Positions 49,491 to 62,280 of a stretch of 64,000 nt of DNA are shown here, one piece after another (positions within the stretch are counted from its first letter, which is position 1; every line of letters starts with the position of its first letter). Position numbers and translations under genes: made by a program. A model generated the notes under the pieces. The model was not told the origin of the DNA and ran no database searches. It was given only the letters and a program-made list of their open reading frames with translations. Origin of the DNA: Lama glama (taxonomy: Eukaryota); contig CM052850.1 of assembly GCA_028534125.1 (NCBI GenBank), forward strand, positions 25,482,001 to 25,546,000, given 5' to 3'.

Positions 49491-49820
49491 AAAGGAGTGC
49501 AGTACTGAAACACTACAACATGAATGAACCTCGAAAACATCGTGCTGAGTGGAAGAAGCCAGGCACAAAAGGTCACCTGTTGTATGTGACGCCGTTTCTA
49601 CGAAACGTCCAGAACAGGCACATCAGTAGACAGACAGGAGACAAGGTTGCCAGGAGCTGATGGGAGGGGGAGGAAGGAAGAGGAGTGACAGCTAAAAGGG
49701 TGATGATAAAGTTCCGGAACCAGTTAGTGACGGTTGCACAACATTGTGGATGCACTTAATGCCACTGAATTGTACACTTTAAAATGGTTAATGGTTAATT
49801 TCACTTAAGTGAATTTTTAC
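49490..49820 (+). mobile_element. L1MB-like 3' end
   Basis: CTACAACATGAATGAACCTCGAAAACATCGTGCTGAGTGGAAGAAGCCAGGCACAAAAGG...GTACACTTTAAAATGGTTAA. Confidence 0.8.
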
Positions 49821-50859
49821 TGACATCACTTCCTGGTCCTTAAATTTCTTGCCCAGAACGCATGGCAGTGGCTTGTCCCAGGTCTGGGTGGATTCCTCGC
49901 CGGGTTGGGGTGGGACTGCATGGGGGTGCTGGGCCCTGCTCCTTCCCGCCCCCCAAAATCCTCTGAGCCCTGTTCCCAGGACTCCAGTTCACCCCTAAAC
50001 TCAGTCTCTTGCCAGCAGGAGCTGGGAACCCAGAAGTGCCTCTGTGAAGCAGAGAAAGGTGTGTGGGGTCGAGGAGGAACTACACAAGGGGCCCCCGTGA
50101 GCAGTTACAAAGAGCCGCTGGTCAGGGCAGGCTCCACAGCCGCAGTGCTGCCAGCGTCCCACATCTCTAGCAACGGTAAATCCACCCACCCATTCAGTCC
50201 CACATCCAGAGCTCCCCTCCTTACTCCATCCCAGGACTGAATTTGTGCTACACGTGAGCGGGCGCTGAACTCTAGACCCAGGTGTTTGGGATTCCAAACC
50301 CCACTTTTGACTCTTTCCAGCTACATAACTTTCTTGAGCAATTCTTCCAATCTCTTGAGTCCTCCTCACACCTGAACAGGTAAGACCTCACTCCAGTATC
50401 AGGATCTTCCCAGGGCACACCTTCTGTGGTTTCGGGGACTTTCTTTAAGGCACTTTTCCTGCAAAGGAACCCAGTGACCAGTCTCAGCAGAGCCCCAGGG
50501 CTAAATCGGAAGAGCCTCTAACTCAGCAAGGTTGCCCAAGGCTGGGTAGCTGGTTACTGCCCCGAATCGCGTTTTATTATTGGCAAAAGAAAAGTGGGCA
50601 GGAAACTCACGGTAAAGCGTTTTCTTTTCCGAATGAAAACAGCTCCATGGTTTTGTGTTTGGAGGACCACAGGAATTCTTCCTCGTTGTAAACAACTCAG
50701 AAGTCAGAGGCGAGCACAGAGAAGAAAAACGATGAGCAGCGGTAAGCCCAGCACACAAGAAAAGCACAAAGAAAAGCAGGACCAGCAAGCAGGAATAACA
50801 TTTCTGGGAATGGCCTACAGCTCGGGAATCTCTTCCTATGAGTACCCACAAATGCGCTT

Positions 50860-51003
50860 TTATGCCATATAAATACAGCGTATCAGATGCATACTACGGT
50901 TATATTCACAATAGCCTATATTTGCATATGTACTATCATACGTGACATATAACATTACATCAATTACATACAAAATATATATCACGTACAATTAATATAT
51001 TTT
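50860..51003. repeat. AT-rich low-complexity tract abutting the CpG island
   Basis: TA/CA-rich sequence with an abrupt switch to CGCGCGCG at ~51007. Confidence 0.6.
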
Positions 51004-51116
51004 TCCACGCGCGCGCACTCGAGCCTGTGACGACCGTGGAGACCCCTGCGCAGCCCATTACTCGTGGGAACCCCGCCGCAGCCGGAGCCGTCGGGCGCAG
51101 CGGACCCGGGAAACTG

Positions 51117-51265
51117 AACTACAAGTCCCAGCAACCCAAGCGCGGGCGCGGGCCGGGAGACCCGAGTGCGAAGGGACTACAAGTCCCGGCAGGCTTGGCG
51201 CAGGGACCACGAGTCCCAGAATGCACCGCTCGTGGTTCGCGCAGGGCCCTCCGGGATATGTAGTC
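51117..51265. promoter_or_regulatory. Four ZNF143/THAP11-type ACTACAnnTCCC motifs
   Basis: AACTACAAGTCCCAGCAACC (51117, +), GACTACAAGTCCCGGCAGGC (51175, +), GACCACGAGTCCCAGAATGCAC (51205, +), GACTACATATCCCGGAGGGC (51265, -). Confidence 0.85.
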
Positions 51266-51536
51266 GGCGGGGGAGCTAATTCCTATTCATTCAGCCGCAG
51301 AGAAAATGCAAATTCCTCTAATGGTCCACCGACGCGACTTCTCAGGGGCTAGCGAGAGGCCCTAGCGCACGACGGGGAACTAAGAGGCCCAGGGGCCCAA
51401 ACTGTGGCGCGGAAGCACGACTCGTGCGCATGCCCGGCGCTCGTCAGCGCCGGCGAAAGCGCGCGCGGGAGGCCTCAAGCAGCAGGCCCCGCCCCCGCGC
51501 CCAGGGAGCCTGCGCAGACGGTGCAGGGCGGAGGGC

Positions 51537-51763
51537 NNNNNNNNNNNNNNNNNNNNNNNNNNNNNNNNNNNNNNNNNNNNNNNNNNNNNNNNNNNNNNNN
51601 NNNNNNNNNNNNNNNNNNNNNNNNNNNNNNNNNNNNNNNNNNNNNNNNNNNNNNNNNNNNNNNNNNNNNNNNNNNNNNNNNNNNNNNNNNNNNNNNNNNN
51701 NNNNNNNNNNNNNNNNNNNNNNNNNNNNNNNNNNNNNNNNNNNNNNNNNNNNNNNNNNNNNNN
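51537..51763. other. Assembly gap (227 N)
   Basis: Run of N inside the most GC-rich part of the island. Confidence 1.
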
Positions 51764-52949
51764 GCCGCCGCCCCCGCCCCCGGACGCGGGGGACACCGGC
51801 CGCCAACGGCCCGCCGCCGGGGCGCCCCGGCCCACAGCCCTGTCAGCCGCCGGCCCGCCGCGCCCCCCGGTCCTGCCGCCCCACCCCCGGCCCGTCGGGC
51901 CCGCCGGCGCGCGGCGCTGTCCCGGCTCCGGCTCCGGCGCCTGGCGCGGTGCGGGCCTCCCTTCCGGGACGCGGCCCCGCACGAGCGACGAGCGGCGTCC
52001 GGCCGGGCGGCGGCCGCGGGGAGGCGGGGGCTGGGCAGCCTCCGAGCCCGGGCTCCGGCCGCCGTGAGGGGCTGGGGTCGCGCGCCCTGGCCTCCGCCGT
52101 GCGGGCCCCGCCGCGCCAGCGGCGCCGAGCTGGCGGAGCCCCGGCAGGCCCCCGAGGCTGCTGGCGCTCGGACGCTGGCGCCCGGCGCAGGAGCCGGGCC
52201 TGCGCTCGGTGGATGCGGCCGGAAGTGCGGAGGCAGAGTGGGCGCGGGTCAGGCCGTGGTCCTGGGTGATGCGGGAGCGGACGGGCCGGTTCTCGTTCGG
52301 CTTCTGGCACGGCCCGGGCTCCGTCTCCCCGAGGGGAGAGAGAACGTGGAAACCGCCTGTGGGAGTAACTCTGCGTATTCGGCTCCGTTTCCCCTTTGTC
52401 TTGCAATTAAACCAAGTCCCTGTTCCGGGATTCTGTCACCGCGGCTCTAAGTTTTAGAAAACGGCTGCCATTTATGGGTCATGTGCCGGCGGGGGTGGCT
52501 GGCACGGCGATCCGGCCAGGTAGAGGCCGTCCCGGCTTACAGACCAGGTGACAGACCCGCGGAGCCAGATCTGAACTCTGTCTAAAGGCCATTCTTAAAA
52601 AAAGTTGCACGTGTGTTTAATGTTTTAATAAAGGAATGTCCACAATAAAATGTCACTGAAAAACTTCCAGAGAGAAGCAGCAGTCTCCCTCCCATCTTTC
52701 ACTTGCTCTCCTCAAAGACCTTGGTGTTCGTCGTGTTTTTAAAAGGAAGTTCTCCGTAGCGCTCAACAATACGCTGGTGCTTTATTTTGTACATTCGTGA
52801 CTTGCTGTTACCATAGGATGACGTAGCTTTCCACATCATAGCCCACCTCTTCTATCCCTCGATTAGTCTAGTTGGCTCAGATTGTTTATATTATAACTAA
52901 TCAGACATTACTTCACAGCCAGCTACTACATTTGTCCTCTTAACACAGC

Positions 52950-53760
52950 TTTTTTTCCCCGCTGTTGTTTGTAATGGGCTTTCTTTTTTTTTGTTCTTTC
53001 TGTTCCCATTGGCTCTGGGTTTTAAATTCTCAAAGGTGGTTTGGAATCTTTCCAGCCTTCCCCCTCCCCAGCCCTCTGCCCTCTTTTTCTAACTTGATTG
53101 CTCGGACCAGCACAAGTATCATCCTGATATTTTCTTGTATTGTACCTCTGACCTTGTTCAGGACTCACGTTTTAATTTTTAACCTTGACTTTCCTCATTT
53201 CAGTGAGAACCTTTTGCCAAGTAGACTTACTCCTTTTGGGTAACTCTTGAGGATCCTCTTTGGTGTTAAGACGTTTTCAGGGTGCCAGAAAAATGTGGAG
53301 CCCCATTCTGAACACTCTCTGACTCCGGTGACTTGTCCTTCAGCTCTGGGATGTGGAATTTTCCTGTATCATTTGAGAGCTGGATCTGCTCTGCTTTCAG
53401 GTTTCTTTTTGGGAGTTCCTGTTAGATTGATAGTGGACGTCTTGGACTAACCCCTGAATCTCTTGTCTTCATCCTTTTCTTGTGTCGTTTTATTCTTATT
53501 TCTGGGAGAGGACTTTAGCTCCCAATTCTATTTTAAATTTTTTATTTCCGCAATCAAAATTTTAATTTCCAAGAGCTTATTCGTTCTGTTCCTTTTTCAT
53601 AGTAGCTTATTGTTTTATGAATGCATTATCTCCTTGACTCTGAGGATACTGACAAGGGTTCAGTTCTCTTTTGTTCTCTCATTTCGTTTTCTCTAGTGTC
53701 GTTTTTTTTTTTAAAGATTGGCATCTTGCTTTGTATGGCAAGTCCTCTTCAAATACCAGC
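52950..53760 (-). mobile_element. Highly degraded L1-like T-rich remnant
   Basis: T-rich tract with L1 antisense-like phrases such as AATCAAAATTTTAATTTCCAAGAGC and TCTCCTTGACTCTGAGGATA. Confidence 0.45.
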
Positions 53761-54779
53761 GGTTACTGTTGTGTAAGGTAAGAGGGAGCAGGCAGAGAAC
53801 TCTGAGTCTTTGGGGCTGATTTTGAAAATGTACAGGTTTCCCTTCGAGTGGTTTTTTATTGTGCCAAACGCTAGATGGCGGAGAGATTTTATCTGGTCCT
53901 TTCAGCTTAAGGAAGACCCCTCTGATGGGAGGCTGCTCGGCTTGGTCTAGGGAGGGTCCCTGTGCAGCTCTGCTGTGCCGGCACCAGGCTTGCTTGTGCA
54001 GGCGCGGCCCTGGCCCTCTGCTGAGCAGCCTGGGTTTGGGTGGGGCCTCAGCCCTCCGCGGGCTTGGAGCCCTCCTTTGGTTGTGCCCGCTCCCGGGTGC
54101 TCCCTTTTGCTGCTTGCTTTGCCCTCATTAAACCTTCTTGGTCTGCCAGACATGGCACAGTCTCTTGTCTGCTGTCACATAATCTTTCTTGTGGGTTTAA
54201 TATTCGATATTCAAAGTCATTTTACTGGGATGAGCAGGGACCACCTGTGTGGCCAACTGCTCACTGTGGGCAGGTATTCTAGAACCTGTTTTCATGCCTC
54301 TGCTCTCCTGCCTCCCAGTGGCCTCGGTGGATGCCCGCCGTCAGTGGGACGGGTGGCCAGATCACTGTCCCCATGGCCGCCTCCGCCTTGCAGTGTGGGT
54401 GGATGGTGTGTGTTCCTGCTGCAGGTTCTCTTGGCTCCGCAGCCTTGGAGGGGTGCCAGGCTCAGCTGGGGAAGGCCAGGCACAGGCAGTGTTATAGCAG
54501 AGATCGTGGCTCAGGCTCTTCAGTGGGCTCCTCACTGTGCCAGAGGGCCGGAGTTGAAGGACTGCCCTGGGTGAGCAGTGATCACTGTGCTCAGAGTGTA
54601 GTCTTGATGCTCTTTGGTCATTTGTCCTTTGAAAGTTAGGAGCAGTGAGATGCATGAGCTGTGTTTGCTGGGCCTTGCTAGCGAAGCGGTCCATGGTCCC
54701 ACCGTCTCTGGGCTCCTGAGAGAAATGCAGACTTGGGCCCCCCCCTGAGTGTGGAGTCAGAATCTGCAGCTTTGCAAAC

Positions 54780-55290
54780 TTTTCAAACTTTTCTTTCAAA
54801 AGAAGTAGCTGTAGGCTCAAGGAAACGTTGTAAAAATAGTCCAGAGAGCTTCCCTGTTCCCTTCACCCACTTGCCTTAATGCTGGCGTCGCACATGGTCA
54901 GTGCCACAGTTCTTTTGACTAACCTCAGACCTGTGGACCTTCATCAGTTTCCACTCATGTCCTTTCCCTGTTCCAGGATCTAATTCAGGATTTCACTCTG
55001 CATTTAGTTGTCTCCTGAAGTCTCCCCCAGTCTGTGATATTTACACAGCCCCGAAGTGTCTCTCCCAAAGTTTGTGAATTACAGAGGAAAAGTAGTAACT
55101 TCACAGTGGAAAAGCCTGGCAGATACCATCTTAACATCACTGGTACAAAGACATGATGCTGTCACGTACCCCGAAGGGCACATCCAAGGTTAATTGACGA
55201 GGAAACCCAAATTGAGGTACATTTGCCAAAATCTTGACTGGTGCGCCTTGGAGGTGTCTCAGGCGTTGAAAGTCAATGAAAGAGAATTTG
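54780..55290. mobile_element. L1MC/MD-like fragments in both orientations
   Basis: TGTAAAAATAGTCCAGAGAGCTTCCC...CCCTTCACCCA (antisense) and GTAACTTCACAGTGGAAAAGCCTGGCAGATACCATCTTAAC (sense). Confidence 0.55.
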
Positions 55291-57944
55291 CATTTTGAAA
55301 GACTGCCAGGTGTAGCTTATGCACTTTGCTGAAGAAATACTTCCTCTGCGTGATGGTCTCCAAGGAGATAAGAGAGAAAGAACCACCAGTCCTGTTTCCT
55401 GGGCTGGGAAACGGTGCTACAGGCCCAGGTATAGGTGAGTTTGTAAAAGGCTCATTGATAACACCTGTTGCAGTTCACCAGCCTTAGGTTTTCCTTATAA
55501 CCTTCATCTGCCCTATACAATCTGAAAACTTGAGCTGTAAAATGAAATTTGTTACATGACGAGGCCAGACTCTCACTTTAGCTGTTTCAATCTGGTGAAA
55601 ATAAGTGTTTTCTCATTTTGAAGAAAAGACTTCTGGGGGAGAACATGTATGGAGGTTTTCAGTGGAATGTCTCAGAAGAAGCTGTAAAAAGCCCTCCCTT
55701 GATCAGAGGTAAAGAAAGACCATTCTCTGACTCCACGTGTATCACCATCATAAACACAAAGTCACATAATGATCTGTTCACTGGACATGCTCTAGGTCAT
55801 TCTGAAATGGTCATTTTTGGCAGGGTGGGGGGGAGGAGGAGTTTTAGGGAATTTGAGAGGGAGTGTAGAGGAGGGGCCAGTACCTGGAGCCCACTTGACT
55901 CGCACAGAAGAGTAGAACCCTAGCATCATTGTCAGGGTAGCTTTAGACACACTTAGCCCTTGGGGTTTGTGTAGGTTGTGAAACCAGTTAAAAATGAGAG
56001 CTTTAGCAAATTATCTCCTCTTATGCCCTCTGTCTCGCCTTTGGCTCTGTCCACCGCCTGGGCTGTGCCCGGCCCGCCTCCTGGGAGGAGAGGGTGGCTG
56101 TCCTCGGTGCTAGAGGCAGGGAGCAGGAGGAGCGCTAGACGTCATGGTCCCGAGTGAGCAGGAGAGGAAGCTGAGCTTGGGTGACCACCAGCAGCCTCCT
56201 GTTGCTTGAAACCGCTGGATGTTTCTGAATTGAAATGTGATGGAGACACGAACTTCTCAGGCCACTAGCGGACAGTATACTCAAAGTATTGTGAAGTCAT
56301 AGGAAATGGATTCCTATTTTGGATGAACTTCTCTGCACCTTTCGCATCCATCTGTAGTCAAGAACTGTCCAGTTTGATTGCTTTGGACCATGTGCCTCCG
56401 TGGTGGGTGGCCAGTAAGATTTGCTTTGTCTCTGGAAGGCCCCTCATGCCAGGCAGTGGGGTGGGGTGGTGATGCTGGTGGCGACTGCTGCCCCAGACAA
56501 GTCGCCTGTGAGGTCGGATGGCTTATGGCGCCCAAGTGTGGAAGAATAAAATCCACCTGAAGAGGCCAGAGTAGGTGGGGGGTGGGAATAGGTTTTAATG
56601 CCATCGCTGCAAAGGCAGATGAGCGGAATGGCTTTCTGTTGGAACTGACTTCGTTTCCTTGTCCGTAGTCATACGTGTTGGCGTTTAGAGTAGCTGAGAG
56701 TAGGTGGGGCACTGAAGTGAAAGTGAGTTGGCAGGAAGGGCCCGGGTGGGGATGGATGCCTGGCCAGTGGACGGGGCCGGAGGAGTGTTGCCAGGGAACC
56801 TGGGACTGGTGGGAGCGGGGCTTGGCGACTTCGGGCAGGGCCTGTACTGACAGACGTCTCATAATAAAGATTTGCATCCTGTGCTTCAAAGAGTGCTGCT
56901 TCTGGTCTCTAGTGACTTTTCCTTTTTCTTCAGGGTGGAAAATCATCAAATAACCTTTGTAAACAAGCAGTGGGTGTGGACAAAGCTGGCAGTGAAAACT
57001 CGGTACACGTGCTGCTGGCATTTCCTTGTTGGTGTTGAAGTACGCGTCCCTTGAACGTGGCAAGCATCCCGGGCACCTTAGTCTTAGGAGGCAGAGCAGG
57101 GAGGGCTCAGACCACAGTTCCAGCTGTCACCGCCAAGTGCAGCCCTGCAGTCCTGCTGGCAGGTGGATGGCAGGACAGGATCTGTTTGCTGCCACGCTGT
57201 CCTCCTGTGAACTCTCGTGGGTGGAGCCAGGGCTGAGTCTTGGGAGGAAGTGCTGCGTTAAGCCGCCTTTTATGCTGGGAACTTCCCTGAAGGTGCCGAG
57301 TAATTCACGCCCTCCGCGTTTTTAGACTGAACCTGACAAAGGAGACTGAGGATCCTGTTTGCCGGCCAAGAGTTGGCTGCAGCTGTCAGTAGGCGAACAC
57401 AGTTTGCAAGTAATTGGCCCTCTGGTTCTGAAATCAAACACTTTATGGATTTTTAAGATTTGTGGGATTCAACTAATTTCACATTTTTTGCAAAGTGAGG
57501 GGTTTAATATTTATTATGTCATTTTTAAGTTTGTATGATTTACATTTGCACAGTTCAGATTTGTATAACATGCAGTCATTCTATGTTGGGGAGAAAGGAA
57601 GCTGAAGGGGGTGCAGTGAGATGAAAGCAAGTGAATATTGGTTGGGGTCCCCTCCCTGCGTGGGTGTTAATAAAAACATTCAGTTCCACTTGCTTCATGA
57701 GTTCTTCTGGGATCATTCAAGAGCTGGGTAAGCCTGCCTCGCCTTTCTGGGATTTCTGCAGATTCACTGTGATCTGAATCAGAAATCGCTCCTTCCAGCA
57801 GAGGACAGAGGTGGAGCAGAGCGCACACTTCTCAGGAGGCCAAGATTACTGCTCTTCAATGAACGTACCTGATTTCTTTATCCCACAGTCCCAGGCAGTT
57901 TCAAGAGTTTAGAGATGCCACTGATGTTAAACGCTTGGCTCTAG

Positions 57945-58125
57945 GGCAGGAGTCAACAGACTTCCTGTAAAGGCCTAGAGGAGCAAACGTTTCTGGCTTT
58001 GGGGTCTGTCCTGGCCAGTCAGCTCTGCCCTTGGAGGGTGGACGCCAGAATGGGCGTGGCTGTCTTCCAGTAACACTTATCCCTGATGGCTGGATTTGCC
58101 CCCACGCCAGAGGCTATGACTCCAG
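57945..58125 (+). mobile_element. hAT-Charlie MITE (MER58A-like)
   Basis: CAGGAGTCAACAGACTTCCTGTAAAGGCC...AATGGGCGTGGCTGTCTTCCAGTAACACTTAT...GGCTGGATTTGCCC. Confidence 0.7.
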
Positions 58126-59242
58126 ACTACGAGTTTAACACAGTTGGGGCAGGAAGTGGAGACGGGGAGGTCGGTAACTGCACTGGAGTCACAGAGGGCT
58201 TCAGCCGCCCCGGCTGTGCTCCTCACTGCTGACTTCCAGCGTCTTGGGCGATCTGCACGGTTTATTTTGGGAAAATCTACATGGAAAGGAAATGTCAGAG
58301 GCAGCTCTGCAGAAGTTCAGTTGGCATCAGCAAATCACCTTCAGATGAGGGTGCGTCTGGCCATCCTCACTGCTGTTCTTTGGAAGAAAAGCCTCAGCGT
58401 CTCCTTATAGGAATTGGGTTTGGGTATTTTTCGGGTGTAGAAGTTGCAAGACTAGTATAAAGAATTAGGGTGGAGTCTTCTCCCAGGATCTCAGACGCTA
58501 ATATTTTATTTGCTTTATTTTTTATTTTCTCTGCAACTCTCTGTGTGTGTATATATATTTTTTCTATTTTTTTCCTGAACAATTTAAGATATGATGTCCC
58601 TTTATCCTTACTCAGGTGGCTGTTTCCTACAAATAAAAATATTCTCTTATATAACCACAGTACAGTTTTCAAAATTAGGAATTTATCATTGATGCAGCTC
58701 TGTTATGTAAGCAACAGATCTGATTCAGACTATGCTAATTATCCCAGTAACGCTCTTTTTTAGCAAAAGAAAAATAGACTCATTTATGAGTTTTGGATAT
58801 ATTTTTCCCCAAGAATATTTGCCCTTACCCACATTATCATAAATTAGGCACCATATGCCTTACGAACTACAAGTTTAGTAACATCAAAAGTCTGCAAATT
58901 TATTGTTGACAAAAATCACTCTGAATAACCTTGTCCTTCTGCTGTTCTGTTTGGGAGAGGAATGGGAAGGACTGTTTTGGTAAGGTTAGGAGGCAGGGCT
59001 CCTGGTGGTTTTTAACGTGTCCCCAGATCATCGATTGCACGTGTAAATGCAGTGAGAGTGTAACGTGCTAGAATCGTGGGTCAGCGATGAATATGACCTT
59101 GCGTGGTGTCATCTGCTAGATTTAGGAAAAGTCACATCATCTGAGGTCACTCTCCAGTGTACATCATCCTATTGGGCGGGGTAAGGGTTGTTTTCTAGGG
59201 GCTTTTGCTGTTCAGTGCTGGACCCGTTTTTTTATCAAAGTT

Positions 59243-59452
59243 CAGTTGGCCCTTGGACAGCGTGGGGGTCAGGGGTGCCGGCCCTCCACGTCGAGAATCT
59301 GAGTCTCACTTGTAGTTGGCCCTCTGTGTCTGGCGTCCTCGGAGCCAGCCACCCGCAGGTTGTGCAGTACTGTGGTGGTTACTGTTGGAGGAACTCTGCA
59401 TGGAAGTGGACCCGTGCAGTTCAAACCTGTGTTGTTCCAGAATCGACTTCAG
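59243..59452 (+). mobile_element. Tigger1-derived MITE
   Basis: 5' end CAGTTGGCCCTTGGACAGCGTGGGGG; 3' end AAGTGGACCCGTGCAGTTCAAACCTGTGTTGTTC. Confidence 0.78.
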
Positions 59453-62094
59453 TCTAAATATTTGCAGTTACTGCATTTAAATTGGTCTAACCGGAAAGTT
59501 GGTATTGGACTAAGGTGAAAAAAAACCCCATTTCTGAAAGGCATATAAGTTAATCTGTAAGTCCTGTTTCTTTAGTCAAAATAAATTTTCGTTAGTGTAG
59601 CATGTAGATTTTCTTGAATCTTAAAAGTAAGTTTCGTTTGGAAATGGAACAGATCCCCTCCAGACCAGGCTTCTCGGGACTCGATTGTGTGGCCAGGGGT
59701 GAGGAGGGAGCTGGGCCTGAGGCCCCAGCTGCCGTGTCCTGGCTGGTTGGCTTTGGGGCAGATGTTCAGGGTTTCCTCCAAGAAAAGGGCAGCCACAGCC
59801 CTGCCTCCCGGCTTGGTGTGTGGGGTTCACTGAGCCTCTGTGACGCCCTTGGCACAGCGTCCTTAGTGCATGGGCCTCCTGCACGGCTTGGCCCATTTGC
59901 AGCCCAGACTCAGAGTCCTCGTCACATTTCACACAGGCTTCCGGGTGCTTGAGCAGTAGGAGGAAGGCATTCTGGTTTGATTAAGGCATTTGACAATGCC
60001 TGCGGCCTCTAAAAGGCTGAAGTACCGTTTCTAGATGCTGCACATGGGCATTCGTTTGCCTGCACCTTCGTCAGTCTTAAGTTTGACCCAGTGGTTCTGG
60101 GGTTTCAAGTGCAGTTTCTAACCTCTTGGGTGTTGCTTTCCACGACTAAGTTTTGATTACGTGCTGAGAATTATGATCTTGAGAAAACCGGTGCCAAAAC
60201 ACTGTGTCTAGTACCAGGACGGTGAGCGTGGCTCCTTGGTCCCCGGGATGATGGTATGGGCTGTGTTTGCCACCATGGAGTCATGCAGAGGCCACACGTG
60301 TGTGGGTCAGCCAGCATCTGCAGCTCGACCTTGGCGGGCTCCTTGCGCTTTTGTCTCTTCTGCTCTAGGTCACATTCCTTGCTTCTCCCTGGTTATCGGC
60401 CCTGCCTCGGGGGGCCGTGCTAGCCTGACATCAGTTGTGAGGGTCAGAAAGCTCTGCTGTGGTCCCTGCACCTGCCGCCTGTCCTCGTTACTTGTTTAAT
60501 GACTGCTCAGGTTGGGAGTTCATCTTCTAAGTTGCCCAGCGTGGATGACAGTTTCCCTGAACATTTTGACACATGCTAGTTGTGTCTGCTTTCTGTGAAA
60601 TTTTGAGGTGGAAGAAGAAGATTAGGACACTGGCATCCTTACCCCTGGACAGCTGACCACCCTCCTCCCTGAGCTTTGCAGGATGCGGGGAAAGACGGGA
60701 GGGGCAGATGAATGATGGAAGGGTTTCAGTTTCGGGGGTGGGGAGCTGAAGGGTGGAGGTGTGCGCGCCTGCTCTCCAGGCAGAAGGGAGCACGTGGTGC
60801 TGGCGACAGTGGGGTTAGTTAGACCTGACACAGTGAGTTACTGTGGGAGGGGCCCTGCTCCCCGCCCCACCCCAGCTCTTCCCTGCTCTCCCTCCGTCTC
60901 AGTTCCCGTAATAAATATCCGTGATGCACGTTTCAGATCAGGGAGGTGTTCAGGGCTGGGCCCATCTCTGTGAAATGGGGACACACCTACATCCAGGCTT
61001 GTGGAGATTAAGTGTGATGATGCTTGATACCGTGTTTAGGATGCAGTGAACTGCGGCTCCTGTAATCACCATTCTTACCATCAGCTTCACCCGCCAGCTC
61101 CTGTGTGTTTTCCTGCTGGTTGATGTATGTGGTGCTGACTTAACCATAGACATTTGCACGTAGTCAGAATTTTGTCTGTGATAAACTTGCATCACAGAAT
61201 CTTTACATTTTCAAACTGGCCAGGAGCTTAGAGGTGTTTTAAATAGTACAACTTGCTAATTAACACTTGGCCACCGTTGTAAAGTGTACACTTGTTCTAA
61301 ACGCAAAAGCCCGTGGTAACTGTGTGTCCTCGTGAGGGCTCCTCCGGGCCGAGCTCCGCGGGGCCGACGCGCCGTCACCGCTGATCCCAGTAGGTTGAAG
61401 GCAGCCTCTTGTTCTCACAGGGGAGTGACTTTTCTCCTGCACTTTTTACTGTAAATTGTGGTAGATTCTGTTACTCTGTGGTGTTGTAATTTTGGCAGAT
61501 TATTTGTCGTTCCGTGATATTTTATTGAGAATTTTAAATTCTAGTAGATAGTTTTAGACAATTTGTAGTGTTGAGTTTGAATTCTCATAATCCTAGGGCC
61601 AGCATTTCTTACATGAACATATGTCAGTGGGAAAATGACTTTAAAATTTTTAAATTTTACCTTTAGTTCAGTATCTGAGTATGTTGTATCATGCCTCTTT
61701 GAAACACAGCTTTTTTCTGTAGCGGTGAAAAAAATTTACCTCTGTCATCTAATTCATCTTCACGTCTCTGAATGTTTTCCATTTTACCTGTAAAAAACAG
61801 AGGAACAAGAGAAGTGAGAGTGTAGAAGAGAGCATCCCCTGAGTCTCCAAATGTTTAATTTTTATTTGACTTTTTTTTGAAGTGAAAAAATGATTTGAAC
61901 CAACATCTCCACTATCCCTGTGGCTGGGTGACTCGAAGCCCTGGTTCAGGAGTGTCTGTGCTTGCGGAGCGTGTGAACCTCAAGGTCGCTCCTTTGTGGG
62001 CTTGGCCAGTGTTGTGGGCGGCTCTCGTGTGCCCAGCAGGGCGCTTGCTGTGGTGATGATTCCATGCACAGGGTGAGGGTTCTTACACTAGAGT

Positions 62095-62280
62095 GCAGCC
62101 CCAGAGCAGCCCCAGCCAATGTGCAGACAGCTGGCTGTGGCTGTGTTCCAATAAGACTTTATTTGTGAACACTGAAATTTGAGTTTCGTGTAATTTCAAA
62201 TCAGGACAAATTGTTCCTCTTTCGATCTGGTTCCCAGGCTGTGCGGGTAGGGGGCCGGATTTGGCCCATGACCCTTGGCC
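62095..62280 (+). mobile_element. hAT-Charlie MITE (MER58B-like)
   Basis: GTGGCTGTGTTCCAATAAGACTTTATTTGTGAACACTGAAATTTGAGTTTC...GGGCCGGATTTGGCCCA. Confidence 0.75.

Larger units (their letters stand above)
51005..52570 (+). promoter_or_regulatory. BANP: CpG-island promoter and probable non-coding exon 1 of BANP (assigned by synteny)
   Basis: Dense CpG island divergent from CA5A, with ZNF143, NRF1-like TGCGCATGCC (51425-51434) and GABPA CCGGAAGTG (52219-52227) motifs. The gene name rests on conserved SLC7A5-CA5A-BANP order; no BANP coding sequence was seen. Confidence 0.72.

Noticed and set aside
51345-51360. BANP autoregulatory motif (TCTCGCGAGA)
   Set aside because: Only GCTAGCGAGA is present, which breaks the CGCG core. 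A true site inside the gap cannot be excluded.
51380-52450. ORFs of 200-348 aa across the second CpG island
   Set aside because: They span the N gap, are low-complexity GC translations, and do not resemble BANP protein.
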